Below, piece after piece: positions 9,590-18,963 of a DNA stretch of 64,000 bases (positions are counted from its first letter, which is position 1; every line of letters starts with the position of its first letter). The notes below the pieces were generated by a model. The model searched no databases. It worked only from the letters and a program-made list of their open reading frames with translations, and was not told the origin of the DNA. The stretch spans positions 1-64,000 of the IMG/VR virus record IMGVR_UViG_3300036942_000148; one strand, given 5' to 3'. The stretch comes from a virus. Taxonomy: Duplodnaviria; Caudoviricetes. The position numbers and the translations under genes were made by a program.

Positions 9590-9604
9590 GGAGATTTTGA
9601 CGGT
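9590..9604 (+). CDS. rpoC: RNAP beta'N micro-exon 4 (GDFDG of catalytic motif)
   Basis: GGA GAT TTT GAC GGT between two intron cores; completes LGGDFDGD. Confidence 0.88.
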
Positions 9605-9846
9605 TTTTTGAGAGCCGTCAAATTAAAAATAAATTTCTTTAACTGCTGGAAACTTTATTAAACAATCAGCAGCGATTCTTATTACATTACAATAATAAGA
9701 GCGTTCAACGACTATTAGTATATTGGAAATCCAATAGAAATAAGAGATATGTATACGTATACGGTATACATAAAGATATAGTCTGATCTCTATAGAAATA
9801 TAGAGCTTAATGATATAAGTTTAATGAACTTATATAAACATGAATG
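9605..9846 (+). ncRNA. group I intron beta'-I4 (ORF-less)
   Basis: P1 UUUGACGGU/GCCGUCAAA; AACTGCTGGAAA, AATCAGCAG, GTTCAACGACTA, GATATAGTC; omega-G 9846. Confidence 0.92.
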
Positions 9847-10005
9847 GATCAACTATTCCTTAGAGGAGTCTTCACTCAAGAAGCCAACCAAGAAGCAGAA
9901 GAAATTATCAACTCTAAGAAACACCTTTTAGATGGAAGTGGACATAGTAACAGGGAAACAGGAAACGAATTCATACAATCAATGTTTACTCTTACTAAAG
10001 AATAA
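9847..10005 (+). CDS. rpoC: RNAP beta'N exon 5 (absent from ORF track)
   Basis: DQLFLRGVFTQEANQEAEE...FTLTKE*; spliced gene is 1611 nt, 536 aa. Confidence 0.88.
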   Translation, partial: DQLFLRGVFTQEANQEAEEIINSKKHLLDGSGHSNRETGNEFIQSMFTLTKE

Positions 10006-10013
10006 TATAATAG

Positions 10014-10055
10014 ATATTAGCTTTCAGTATTCATTTACTGAAGGCTAATATTTTT
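10014..10055 (+). terminator. intrinsic terminator
   Basis: ATATTAGCTTTCAGTA/TACTGAAGGCTAATAT then T-run. Confidence 0.8.
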
Positions 10056-10068
10056 CTCACAGTTTAAA

Positions 10069-10078
10069 TATATATTAT
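10069..10078 (+). promoter_or_regulatory. putative early promoter TATATATTAT
   Basis: Motif match upstream of small gene. Confidence 0.6.
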
Positions 10079-10142
10079 ATTAATGAATAAAAATAATTAG
10101 GAGGGATTATTTATGTTTGAAGAATTAACTTTAGTTTAAATT

Positions 10143-10523
10143 ATGGGTAAAAAAGAAATTACAATTTATTTTGAAGACATTGCGGATTATGAAGTAGAAG
10201 AAGGATCTCATAAATATTTTGATGCAAAAATTCCTAAATTTAAATATAATTTCTTTAAAAAGATATTATATAAATTAGGGTTTAAAAGAAATGATCCATT
10301 TAAAATTGTAAATGATGAATCAAATTGGAAAGAAATAATAATTTATAATATGACAATTTATTTAAAATCAGGAGAAAAAATTATAGTTTATTCCCCTCAT
10401 AATGCTTTAATGGAGATAGATAAATTAGGATTATTATATGAAAAAATGTCAAAATCTAATTTATATGAAGATAATCAAGATTATTATAAAAAAAGATTTG
10501 ATAAAATGTCAAACATAATATGA
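10143..10523 (+). CDS. hypothetical protein (possibly N-terminally disrupted)
   Basis: 126-aa ORF; the RBS-proximal in-frame ATG 10113 is cut by TAA 10137-10139. Confidence 0.6.
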   Translation: MGKKEITIYFEDIADYEVEEGSHKYFDAKIPKFKYNFFKKILYKLGFKRNDPFKIVNDESNWKEIIIYNMTIYLKSGEKIIVYSPHNALMEIDKLGLLYEKMSKSNLYEDNQDYYKKRFDKMSNII

Positions 10524-10647
10524 TGATTAATGGAATATTTTTATTTAAGTATGATGAAGATGTAATAGAAATTACTAATAATATTAATGAATATTGGGAT
10601 TCAAAAAAAATGAATGAATAATTTTTAATTTTTTCTTTTAAAAATTA

Positions 10648-10670
10648 AACAATTATGTAACAAAAAATTA
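10648..10670 (+). promoter_or_regulatory. tandem late-type promoters AACA-N6-TA
   Basis: AACA ATTATG TA (10648) and AACA AAAAAT TA (10659). Confidence 0.6.
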
Positions 10671-10736
10671 AACAAAAAATTTTGAATTTACAAGTAGGGA
10701 TTTGGTTATTTTTGTGGAATTTATTAATTAAAGGGA

Positions 10737-12593
10737 GTGATTTATTTGGCAGTAGTTAATCTAAATAATATTTCATTAGATGATTACCAAGAAATTAAAG
10801 ATAATATTGAAAATGATATAGTTTCTGATATTTCATCTAGGAATCAAGCAATGAAAGTGATAGCAGGAGAATATGAGATCGAGATGCCCAAATCTCAGTT
10901 ATTGATAAACCTAATTCTTTTAAAACCATTTTATATATTTGACAGGGAGATTAATATTGATTTTATATATACGGATACTAAGATGACGGAGGACATGTTG
11001 TCAGATTATTTCAATGAACTCATCGACCATTTCAAAGATGAGGATTATAAGGTTCTTAATGCCACTATATCAGAGATAATAGAGAACTTAGCAGATCTTT
11101 CGGGTGAAGTTAATGTTAACGTAGGTAACAGTATTTCTTTGTACAGCATTATGGAACTTGCAAATGAAAATGAGAGATTCAATGAGTTATTAAATTATAA
11201 AATCCCTGATAACCTCCAATTAAAAGATATTGAAAGAGATTTAGAAGATAAGAGAAAAGAGTTAGTGGAAATACTTTCTACCAATGATAATGAGATGAAG
11301 AACTATCTCAACTCAGAAACTGGGATTAATACCAAGCAGTTGGCTCAAGTTATTATGAATGTAGGTCTTAAACCTAATTTACATGGAAAAGTAATACCTA
11401 CTCCTATTGATAGTAACTTTCTACAGGGATTACGCCACGTTAGAGATTTTTATATTAACGCTATTTCAGGTAGGAAAGCATTGATAACTAATTTTAGTAA
11501 TGTCAGGTCCAGTGGATACCTAACTAGGCAACTCCTGCTATTACTCTCAGATACTTTCCTTAGTGAAGATGTGGAAGATTGTGGAACTAGTCATACTGTA
11601 AAAGTGAAGATTAAGAATAAGGATATACTAGGGAGATTAGAAGGAAGGCATTATGTAGAAGATAATGAGATTAAAACAATCGACGCTGATGATGAGAGTT
11701 TAGTTAACGAAACCATTAAACTTAGGTCACCAGAGACTTGCGCTATAAAAGATGGAGTGTGTAAGACTTGTTACGGTAAAAATCTTGCTAAATTAAATAA
11801 AGATATTCATATTGGAATTTTAGCAGTTCTCACTCTTACCAACCAGCTAACTCAAAGGTTATTATCTTCTAAACACTTATTGCAGACTAATTCTAAAGAA
11901 CTTAATTTCCATAATAAATTTAAGGAATATTTCTTAGTCAATAAGAACATCATAACATTCGAAAGCGATAAGAAAAATACTTTAGTCATTGATAGGGATA
12001 ATTTAAGATTGGATGATGAAAACTCTATGCTTTATATTGATGAGATGACTATAAAAGAAAGAGGGAAAGAGTTCAATATAGATCTTCCCACTAAATTATA
12101 TCTGACCGATGAAATGGTAGAAAAAGTGGAGAACTACGAAGTGGATGATGTTTCTTATATACCAACTAAAGTATTAAAAAATGGAACTGATTTGTTCTCT
12201 TTCATCATGCAAAATAGGGGATTGACTAAACCATTGACTATGATTCAAGATCTAATAGGAAAAAATGACCATTTAGGATTCAAGACTATTAACTCTATCA
12301 CACAGAAATTCTTAGAGTTACTAGGAGAAAGTGGAATACACTTACAATCAGTCCACGCAGAGTTAATATTAAAAGAGTTACTAAGATCCAAAGATGATAT
12401 TTTAAGTAAGCCAGATTTCAGTGAAGATAGTGAACCAGAGTATAAAATACTAAGAGTGAAGAAAGCTTTATTGAAATCACCTAGTATCACTAAAAGTCTT
12501 TCATTTGAAAGACACAAGCAACAATTACTGGATCCTGATACCTACATTAAGAACGAGGAGTCGATATACGACTTCATGTTTGGGAGGGATTAA
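10737..12593 (+). CDS. rpoC: multisubunit RNAP beta' C-terminal subunit
   Basis: SNFLQGL, GRKAL..SGYLTRQL (bridge helix), DCG, RSPETC..GVCKTCYG, IGILA..QLTQRLLSSKH (trigger loop). Confidence 0.92.
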   Translation: MIYLAVVNLNNISLDDYQEIKDNIENDIVSDISSRNQAMKVIAGEYEIEMPKSQLLINLILLKPFYIFDREINIDFIYTDTKMTEDMLSDYFNELIDHFKDEDYKVLNATISEIIENLADLSGEVNVNVGNSISLYSIMELANENERFNELLNYKIPDNLQLKDIERDLEDKRKELVEILSTNDNEMKNYLNSETGINTKQLAQVIMNVGLKPNLHGKVIPTPIDSNFLQGLRHVRDFYINAISGRKALITNFSNVRSSGYLTRQLLLLLSDTFLSEDVEDCGTSHTVKVKIKNKDILGRLEGRHYVEDNEIKTIDADDESLVNETIKLRSPETCAIKDGVCKTCYGKNLAKLNKDIHIGILAVLTLTNQLTQRLLSSKHLLQTNSKELNFHNKFKEYFLVNKNIITFESDKKNTLVIDRDNLRLDDENSMLYIDEMTIKERGKEFNIDLPTKLYLTDEMVEKVENYEVDDVSYIPTKVLKNGTDLFSFIMQNRGLTKPLTMIQDLIGKNDHLGFKTINSITQKFLELLGESGIHLQSVHAELILKELLRSKDDILSKPDFSEDSEPEYKILRVKKALLKSPSITKSLSFERHKQQLLDPDTYIKNEESIYDFMFGRD

Positions 12594-12594
12594 A

Positions 12595-13989
12595 ATGATA
12601 GAAGTAACGCCAAGTTACATTGCAGTTAAAGGCTATAAAAAAGAAAAAGAAGGCTTGGAAAGATTTCTCACTGTATTTGATACAGTCTATTTTCAAGCCT
12701 CTTTTGAAGGCTTTATTAAATACAAAGATATATTAATACTACCTAGAGGGATAGATCCACAGATATTGAAGAAATATTTTCCCTATAAAGATATTAAAAG
12801 AAAGAAAGTCAAAGAAGTCAATAAACTAAAAGGTGTCGAATTGAATGAAGAATTCAAACCTAGAGACGCCAAGCAAGTTGAAGCTATTGATTTTTTAAAT
12901 GGAAAAGATAATACTCAAAAGATATTAGCTCTCAGAACAGGTGATGGAAAAACGTATTGTTCCATTCATTATTTTACTACTAATAATTTAATTCCTTTAA
13001 TTACAGTAGATCAATTATCCACTATGAAACAGTGGAGAGATGAGATTATTAAATTTACTAACTTAGAAGAAGAAAATATATTCTTTATAGCAGGAAAAGA
13101 TACTATAAAAGAGCTAGAAGAAAATGAAGTAGATAATAATAGAGTTTACGTGGCTTCTCATAGAACCATTAGTAACCTAATACAGAAAGATCCTATTAGA
13201 TTCTTTAAGTTAATTAAAAAATTAAATATAGGAGTTAAAATCTATGATGAAGCACACGTTGAGTGGGAAAATATATTGAGAATGGATTCATTTTCAAATG
13301 TTAAATATAACATCTATCTGACAGCGACTCCTTCCAGATCTAATTATAAAGAAAATAGAGTTTATCAAAGAATGTTCGAGTCAGTTCCTAAATATGGTTT
13401 AAAGTCTAAATACGATAATGCTTACAATAAGATATTGATGGTAGAATATGATACAGAACCAGGTAGCAAAAGGGAATCTAAGATGAAAACTGGATACGGC
13501 TTTAGTACAAACAAGTATTCAGACTATATTGAAAATGAGAAGTATGATTATTTCTTAGAAATTATAGTAAAACTAGTTAAAAAAATGGGAGATAGAAAGG
13601 TTGCTATCATTGTCCATAAGAACTCATTATTATTAAAATTAGCGGAGAGCCTTTCTGATGAATTTTCTGAGAAAGAAGTGGGAACTTTTTCGAGTGTGAT
13701 ATCTGATATCGAAGAACGTAAAAAAGAATTAGATAAAGATATCATAGTTTCTACTGATAAGAGCTTTGATAAAGCAATTGATGTTGAAAATCTAGAAGGA
13801 TTAATAAACACAGTCCCCATGTCAAGTGAGACTAAAACTGAACAACTGATAGGTCGTCTTAGAGAAAATGATTCGATATTTATAGACATGACGGACGTAG
13901 GATTCAAAAGTACCAAAAGGCAACAATATTATAGAAAGAAAATATTACAATTGAAAGCTAAAGGGAATATAGCTAAAATAAAAATGTAA
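12595..13989 (+). CDS. SF2 DNA helicase (UvsW-like)
   Basis: LRTGDGKT, DEAH, TATP, EQLIGRLR; start moved to ATG 12595 after GGAGGG. Confidence 0.88.
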   Translation: MIEVTPSYIAVKGYKKEKEGLERFLTVFDTVYFQASFEGFIKYKDILILPRGIDPQILKKYFPYKDIKRKKVKEVNKLKGVELNEEFKPRDAKQVEAIDFLNGKDNTQKILALRTGDGKTYCSIHYFTTNNLIPLITVDQLSTMKQWRDEIIKFTNLEEENIFFIAGKDTIKELEENEVDNNRVYVASHRTISNLIQKDPIRFFKLIKKLNIGVKIYDEAHVEWENILRMDSFSNVKYNIYLTATPSRSNYKENRVYQRMFESVPKYGLKSKYDNAYNKILMVEYDTEPGSKRESKMKTGYGFSTNKYSDYIENEKYDYFLEIIVKLVKKMGDRKVAIIVHKNSLLLKLAESLSDEFSEKEVGTFSSVISDIEERKKELDKDIIVSTDKSFDKAIDVENLEGLINTVPMSSETKTEQLIGRLRENDSIFIDMTDVGFKSTKRQQYYRKKILQLKAKGNIAKIKM

Positions 13990-13999
13990 TATATATTAT
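13990..13999 (+). promoter_or_regulatory. putative early promoter TATATATTAT
   Basis: Motif match. Confidence 0.6.
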
Positions 14000-14035
14000 A
14001 ATAATGAATATAAATTAATTAGGAGGAAATGAATT

Positions 14036-15160
14036 ATGTTCGAGAATTGTGAAAAGATTGAAAAGACCATTATTAATATTGATAGGTACTTGAGTTTAAA
14101 TTTAGCAGTAACTTTTGGTAGGAAGGGTTCTAATGATAAGAGGTTAGATGCTGTTTATACCAACAGTTACAATTCTAATAAGTATGCTGATAAAAGTAAA
14201 TTAACTAACTACTGGTTGAACTCAAGAGAGTACTTAGTGCTGTCTTACAAAGATAGAAATGAAGGTAACTATGAAGATATTTATATGTCTTATCCACATT
14301 TAGTGGAATTTGAAAGTAAGATTAATAACCTTTATAGTTTAATTCTAGATGAAGAAGTGTACGCTCAGAGTAATGGAGATTTGTACATCAACCCTCAATA
14401 TAAGAGTTATTCGGTAAAGATAGAAAATATGATCGGTGGAAAATCAATACTTATCAAACCTGCTATCGTTAATAATTATTACACTGGTGATGACGAGCCA
14501 GGTATTGCTATCTACGTAGGTAAGAAGGAGAATTACACTGGATTCAACTTTAAGAAACTCCAATCGATCATCAGATTTTTGGATGAATTTAATTTATCAG
14601 TTATGGGTCAAATGTTAGCTAATTTTGCTCTCATGGCTAGTAATGGTGGTGGTAGTGGATCAATAAATAATAGTATAGTTGCCAATAATATTCCTAGAAG
14701 ATCTTCTTCTAGTAAGAAAAAATCTAGTAATGCTACACGTAATGGAAATAAAGCCAAAAGAAGAGCTACTACTAATCCTATTAAAAATATAGATGAAGAT
14801 AATGAAAATGAAGATTTAAAAGAAGAGATTGAAGAAGAAATTAGTGATAATTCTCCTGACGCTTTTAATCCCGAAGAGATCCAAGAAGAAGATAGGAATG
14901 ATGACGAAGAAACATTCGAAATCGAGGACGATGATGATTTTGATATAGATGATTATGATACTACATTTCTAGAAGAAGAGTTGGAGAAAGATATGAATGA
15001 GAGTGTATCCAAGGAAGATGTGGTTGCAGATGAAGAAGATATTGAAAACGATGAAGATAATGATGAAGATGAAGAAGATGATATGGAGTTAGATGGTGGA
15101 GATAGCGTATTAAATAAGAAAAATCTTTTTGATCAAATCGAAGACGAAGATATGAGTTAA
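14036..15160 (+). CDS. hypothetical protein with long acidic disordered C-terminus
   Basis: 374-aa ORF; globular N-half, S/K/R linker, D/E-rich tail. Confidence 0.8.
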   Translation: MFENCEKIEKTIINIDRYLSLNLAVTFGRKGSNDKRLDAVYTNSYNSNKYADKSKLTNYWLNSREYLVLSYKDRNEGNYEDIYMSYPHLVEFESKINNLYSLILDEEVYAQSNGDLYINPQYKSYSVKIENMIGGKSILIKPAIVNNYYTGDDEPGIAIYVGKKENYTGFNFKKLQSIIRFLDEFNLSVMGQMLANFALMASNGGGSGSINNSIVANNIPRRSSSSKKKSSNATRNGNKAKRRATTNPIKNIDEDNENEDLKEEIEEEISDNSPDAFNPEEIQEEDRNDDEETFEIEDDDDFDIDDYDTTFLEEELEKDMNESVSKEDVVADEEDIENDEDNDEDEEDDMELDGGDSVLNKKNLFDQIEDEDMS

Positions 15161-15190
15161 TTAAAATTAATCTAAGGAGTGCATTTATTT

Positions 15191-15523
15191 ATGGGTAATA
15201 ATGATGTATTTGATGGTATAAAAGATATATCTAAAGAAGAAGTAAATGAAAAGAGAAATCAAAAAGGTAATACTAAGATAGGTCAAAAGAAGATAGAATA
15301 TGAAATAAAAGATGAAGATGATGACATAGTTCAATTATTGAAGCAAAAGATAAACGAAAAAGATATTCATCTTTATGATATGTATGATGAGTTTGGAAGA
15401 GAAACGGGGTATAATACTTATTATGGTCTTTCACAGAGGACTTCTATCTCATTTAAGAATTTAAGAAGATGGGCAGACTTCTTAGATTTGAAAGTAGTAA
15501 TCGATCTCGTAGACAAAGATTAG
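15191..15523 (+). CDS. putative HTH DNA-binding protein
   Basis: SISFKNLRRWADFLDLKV resembles an XRE-type C-terminal helix; AAGGAG RBS. Confidence 0.45.
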   Translation: MGNNDVFDGIKDISKEEVNEKRNQKGNTKIGQKKIEYEIKDEDDDIVQLLKQKINEKDIHLYDMYDEFGRETGYNTYYGLSQRTSISFKNLRRWADFLDLKVVIDLVDKD

Positions 15524-15531
15524 AATAAAAT

Positions 15532-15568
15532 ATAGACAATCACCTTATAGTTGGGTGATTGTCTATTT
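15532..15568. terminator. bidirectional terminator between convergent genes
   Basis: ATAGACAATCACC/GGTGATTGTCTAT. Confidence 0.8.
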
Positions 15569-15576
15569 AATATTGG

Positions 15577-16125
15577 TTACTGACTTTCTAACATCAATCT
15601 TTCTAGATCGTCACTAACTGCATTATATTTATATTCTACTTCACGTTCATCTAAAATTTCTTTTTTCTCTGCATTGGTCATTTCTTCAATTTCTTCTTCA
15701 GTATATACTACTATGTCCTGCACTACTTCTTCCTCTTCTACAGATTCTTCTTCTGTAACCTCTTCAGTAGTGGGTTCTTCATTTTGAACTTCTTCTGTAG
15801 ATTCAACAGTATCAGATTCCTCTTCAACTACTTCTTCCTCTTTTGACTGTTCTACATCAATTTCTTCCTCTGCAACTTCTTCAGTAGTGGATTCTTCATC
15901 TTGAACTTCTGGAGTAGGTTCTTCTTGTTCATTTTCTTTACGCTCCATTTGTTCCCTGATGGATTCGATGTTTCTTTCATCGATAACTTTAACATCGATC
16001 CCAATTGTCTTTAAACGATTATAAACCTCTTCAGTAACCCAAATAGGAGAATTGATTGGTCCACGTGCATTTAAAAATGGAATGTGCCCTACAGTTTTAA
16101 CAGTAATTTTTAATTTTTTTAGCAT
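15577..16125 (-). CDS. acidic protein with C-terminal HeH/LEM-like motif
   Basis: EV/EE-rich linker; MTNAEKKEILDEREVEYKYNA..DDL. Confidence 0.6.
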   Translation of the reverse strand: MLKKLKITVKTVGHIPFLNARGPINSPIWVTEEVYNRLKTIGIDVKVIDERNIESIREQMERKENEQEEPTPEVQDEESTTEEVAEEEIDVEQSKEEEVVEEESDTVESTEEVQNEEPTTEEVTEEESVEEEEVVQDIVVYTEEEIEEMTNAEKKEILDEREVEYKYNAVSDDLERLMLESQ

Positions 16126-16155
16126 TCATTACACCTCTCTAAAGAATTTTTTTAT

Positions 16156-16167
16156 TATCTAATTGTT
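16156..16167 (-). promoter_or_regulatory. late-type promoter AACA-N6-TA
   Basis: AACA ATTAGA TA on minus strand. Confidence 0.65.
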
Positions 16168-16315
16168 TGTTGATAGGTTCTACTTTATCTAAATCTTTTA
16201 TAAACTTAGCAACTTTACCGTCCATCAAGTCCTTTAAAGTCCTTACTTCTCTTTGCTCTATATTATTTTTCCTTACTTCATCATTAATTTTGTCTATATT
16301 ACTCATTAATTACAC

Positions 16316-17506
16316 CTACCTTTGTGTTCTTAATTTAATGTCTTCTTTTAATATATAAATTATTAAAGGAATTAAATAGAATTCCTGTATACTATCAGAA
16401 TAATTTAAATTATTAATAGTTTCTAAAATAGAAGTATCTACCATAGGTAACTGGTTGTTGAAATATTTGATTATGATGTTCTCCAGTTCTCTACCTTCTT
16501 CTGTGTATTCTACATTATCTTTAATATTACTAATTAAAGTGTCATTGAATATTTTGTATGACCCGTCTGGATTCTCAGTCATGAATACTTCATGATACTC
16601 TCTATTACTAAAATAAAAAGGCATTGATTGATCAGATATGATGCTTGTAAAAAATCTTTCGTATAATAAATTACTAGTATTGTGATTTTCTATAGATTTA
16701 TATATGGTTTTTTGATACATCTTTACAGACTCTATATTCTTCTGAGTGTAATCTTCTACAAATATATGACCAGTAAAAATGTAATCTTCTTGGAGTAAAT
16801 TGTTTTCTCTAATAAAAGTAGTTAAAAATCTATCATATATCACCTTTCCATCGTGATTAGCTATGAAACAATTGAAGTCTTCATTGAAGAAATACAGTTT
16901 ATAGTGATCGAATAATCTACTTATGATGTCCTTTTCAAAATCCATTAAATATTTTTCTGTAGATTTTACTATGGTTTGTGATTTATCCCCAATATTATTC
17001 ACATCAAAAGAGTATTCTTCATATATTTGTTCGTCAATCAATCCGACTTCGTCCTCAGAGATAGCATAGTCGATTTCATAGAATCTGTCTCCACTAACCT
17101 TGTCTACGTTAACGCTAGTTACTTTAAATAGATATTGTTGGTTTTCATGTTCGAATACGAAATAATCGTCTGGTCTGGGTCTGACTGTATCTGGTAGTAT
17201 AACTCCCGATCCATTATAATCAGAAACATAACCAAAACCATCTTCCTCTATCCCAAGAGCCATTTCGGTAACGCCGTACAGTACAAAATTCTCTATTTTA
17301 TTAAATTTAACGGGTGACTCTTCCCCTACAACTTCAACTACGGTGTGGAGAGATTCATCTTCAGTGGTGTTTAAATCGTCAGTAGCGTAGTATGTTACGA
17401 AAGTAGGAGTTCCTTCAAAATACTCTGTGTATTCTGACAGTGATTTATTTAAATAATCTTGAATGTTATTTTCAACTATTTCTTCTTTATTTATAAGTTG
17501 ACCCAT
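16316..17506 (-). CDS. putative virion structural protein
   Basis: 396-aa ORF under a late promoter; VILPDTVRPRPDDYF beta-barrel-like motif as in neck/adaptor proteins. Confidence 0.5.
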   Translation of the reverse strand: MGQLINKEEIVENNIQDYLNKSLSEYTEYFEGTPTFVTYYATDDLNTTEDESLHTVVEVVGEESPVKFNKIENFVLYGVTEMALGIEEDGFGYVSDYNGSGVILPDTVRPRPDDYFVFEHENQQYLFKVTSVNVDKVSGDRFYEIDYAISEDEVGLIDEQIYEEYSFDVNNIGDKSQTIVKSTEKYLMDFEKDIISRLFDHYKLYFFNEDFNCFIANHDGKVIYDRFLTTFIRENNLLQEDYIFTGHIFVEDYTQKNIESVKMYQKTIYKSIENHNTSNLLYERFFTSIISDQSMPFYFSNREYHEVFMTENPDGSYKIFNDTLISNIKDNVEYTEEGRELENIIIKYFNNQLPMVDTSILETINNLNYSDSIQEFYLIPLIIYILKEDIKLRTQR

Positions 17507-17537
17507 TTTATTTGACTCACCTCAATTCTTATAAAAT

Positions 17538-17549
17538 TATTATATTGTT
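17538..17549 (-). promoter_or_regulatory. late-type promoter AACA-N6-TA
   Basis: AACA ATATAA TA. Confidence 0.65.
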
Positions 17550-17585
17550 TTCATATATTGATAAAATTGTTAGGAGTGATTATTA

Positions 17586-18092
17586 ATGAGAAATATGTAT
17601 GACGAAGAATTTACTAAAATAGAAGAAATTAAAAACTTCATAGATAATGATTTATATAATGTAGTAAGGGATGTGAATAATAAAAGAAGAGGAGATTGGA
17701 ACGATAATAAAGATGCTTTTGATTATTATTTTATTATAACTACTGAAGAAAAGTTAGAATCATTCATTAAAACAGTAAATTTAACGTTATACCTCCCAGT
17801 AATTCCAGTTGAGAAAGTTAGATATTATTGTAACATGTCTCATATAAATGCTAGCACTGAAAAAGAATTATATGATGGTTTTCATATAAAGCAATTATTA
17901 ATCTACAGTAAAATAAAAGAAAATGGACAATTAAAGAAATGCTTAACTATCATTGATTTTACTAAATATTTTAATGACAGTGAAATATACAAGAAAATAA
18001 AAGTATTAGAAAGTAAAAAAGCTATGGAAAAGAAAATGGATCCAGACAACTATAATCATAAGGAGGCTTCATTACGTGAAGAAATTGTTTAA
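17586..18092 (+). CDS. paralog array member 1 (IDFxKYFxDS family)
   Basis: IIDFTKYFNDSEIYKKIK..KKAMEKKM. Confidence 0.8.
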   Translation: MRNMYDEEFTKIEEIKNFIDNDLYNVVRDVNNKRRGDWNDNKDAFDYYFIITTEEKLESFIKTVNLTLYLPVIPVEKVRYYCNMSHINASTEKELYDGFHIKQLLIYSKIKENGQLKKCLTIIDFTKYFNDSEIYKKIKVLESKKAMEKKMDPDNYNHKEASLREEIV

Positions 18093-18501
18093 CTACAAAA
18101 TTAAAAAATATCATGACATACAAGGAATTATTAGTAGTGAATTTTATAGTAAGTTTTTCAGTTATATGTTAAATTCTCTTGGAAAACATCCAGGTGACAA
18201 ATTTAGCAAGTTTAATATAATCACTAAAGAAGATCAATTAAACCAGTTTATCAGTAGTTATGAAATTTATCCCTATGTTAATATTAAAGGTGGTGTGATG
18301 TTTCAATCTCCTGTCAGATGGGTTGCTAGTTATGAGACATATGAAAATGAAGACGGATTTGTAAAGTATTTAACTCTATATTTTAAATCAAAAGAAATAG
18401 TATTCATTGATTTTAAAAAATATTTTTATGACACTCAATGTTATAATGATATTAAAAATAAGATTAAGAAATCTAGATTAGAACATAAACTAAGGAAGTG
18501 A
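18076..18501 (+). CDS. paralog array member 2
   Basis: FIDFKKYFYDTQCY..KKSRLEHKL. Confidence 0.8.
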   Translation: MKKLFNYKIKKYHDIQGIISSEFYSKFFSYMLNSLGKHPGDKFSKFNIITKEDQLNQFISSYEIYPYVNIKGGVMFQSPVRWVASYETYENEDGFVKYLTLYFKSKEIVFIDFKKYFYDTQCYNDIKNKIKKSRLEHKLRK

Positions 18502-18959
18502 TTATTATGGAAGATTATTATGGTGAGAATTATTATAACTACAGTTGTAAAAATATAAAAGATTTAAAGAAAGTCTTAAATAAAAATTTTTATAATAAAA
18601 TGTATACCAGGATCAATCTAAGAATCCATCATGAAATAGATTTAAAGTTCAAGTTTTATTCAGTCATTAATGAAGAGAAAGAACTGTCTGACTTCTTTGA
18701 TAAATTTCAAATTAACTTAAAGATATCAATATCTAAAGATCTAATATTAGACTCCCCATTTGTTGACAGCACTTACTATGAAATATTTTATGATGAAGAT
18801 GGAATGATAGAACAATTATTATTTTTATATAGGAGATCGTATACAAAATTGTTTGTTATTGATTTTAAAAATGATTTTAAAGATAGTGAAATTTACAGAG
18901 ATTTATTAACACAATCTAAAAAATTAATTATGGAATCTAGATTGAAAGGTCAAATATAA
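18498..18959 (+). CDS. paralog array member 3
   Basis: VIDFKNDFKDSEIY..KKLIMESRL. Confidence 0.8.
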   Translation: MIIMEDYYGENYYNYSCKNIKDLKKVLNKNFYNKMYTRINLRIHHEIDLKFKFYSVINEEKELSDFFDKFQINLKISISKDLILDSPFVDSTYYEIFYDEDGMIEQLLFLYRRSYTKLFVIDFKNDFKDSEIYRDLLTQSKKLIMESRLKGQI

Positions 18960-18963
18960 AGGA

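Noticed and set aside
14036-15160. Candidate chimallin (nuclear shell) or RNAP promoter-specificity subunit
   Set aside because: Length and motifs do not resemble what I recall of ChmA or AR9 gp226; left as hypothetical
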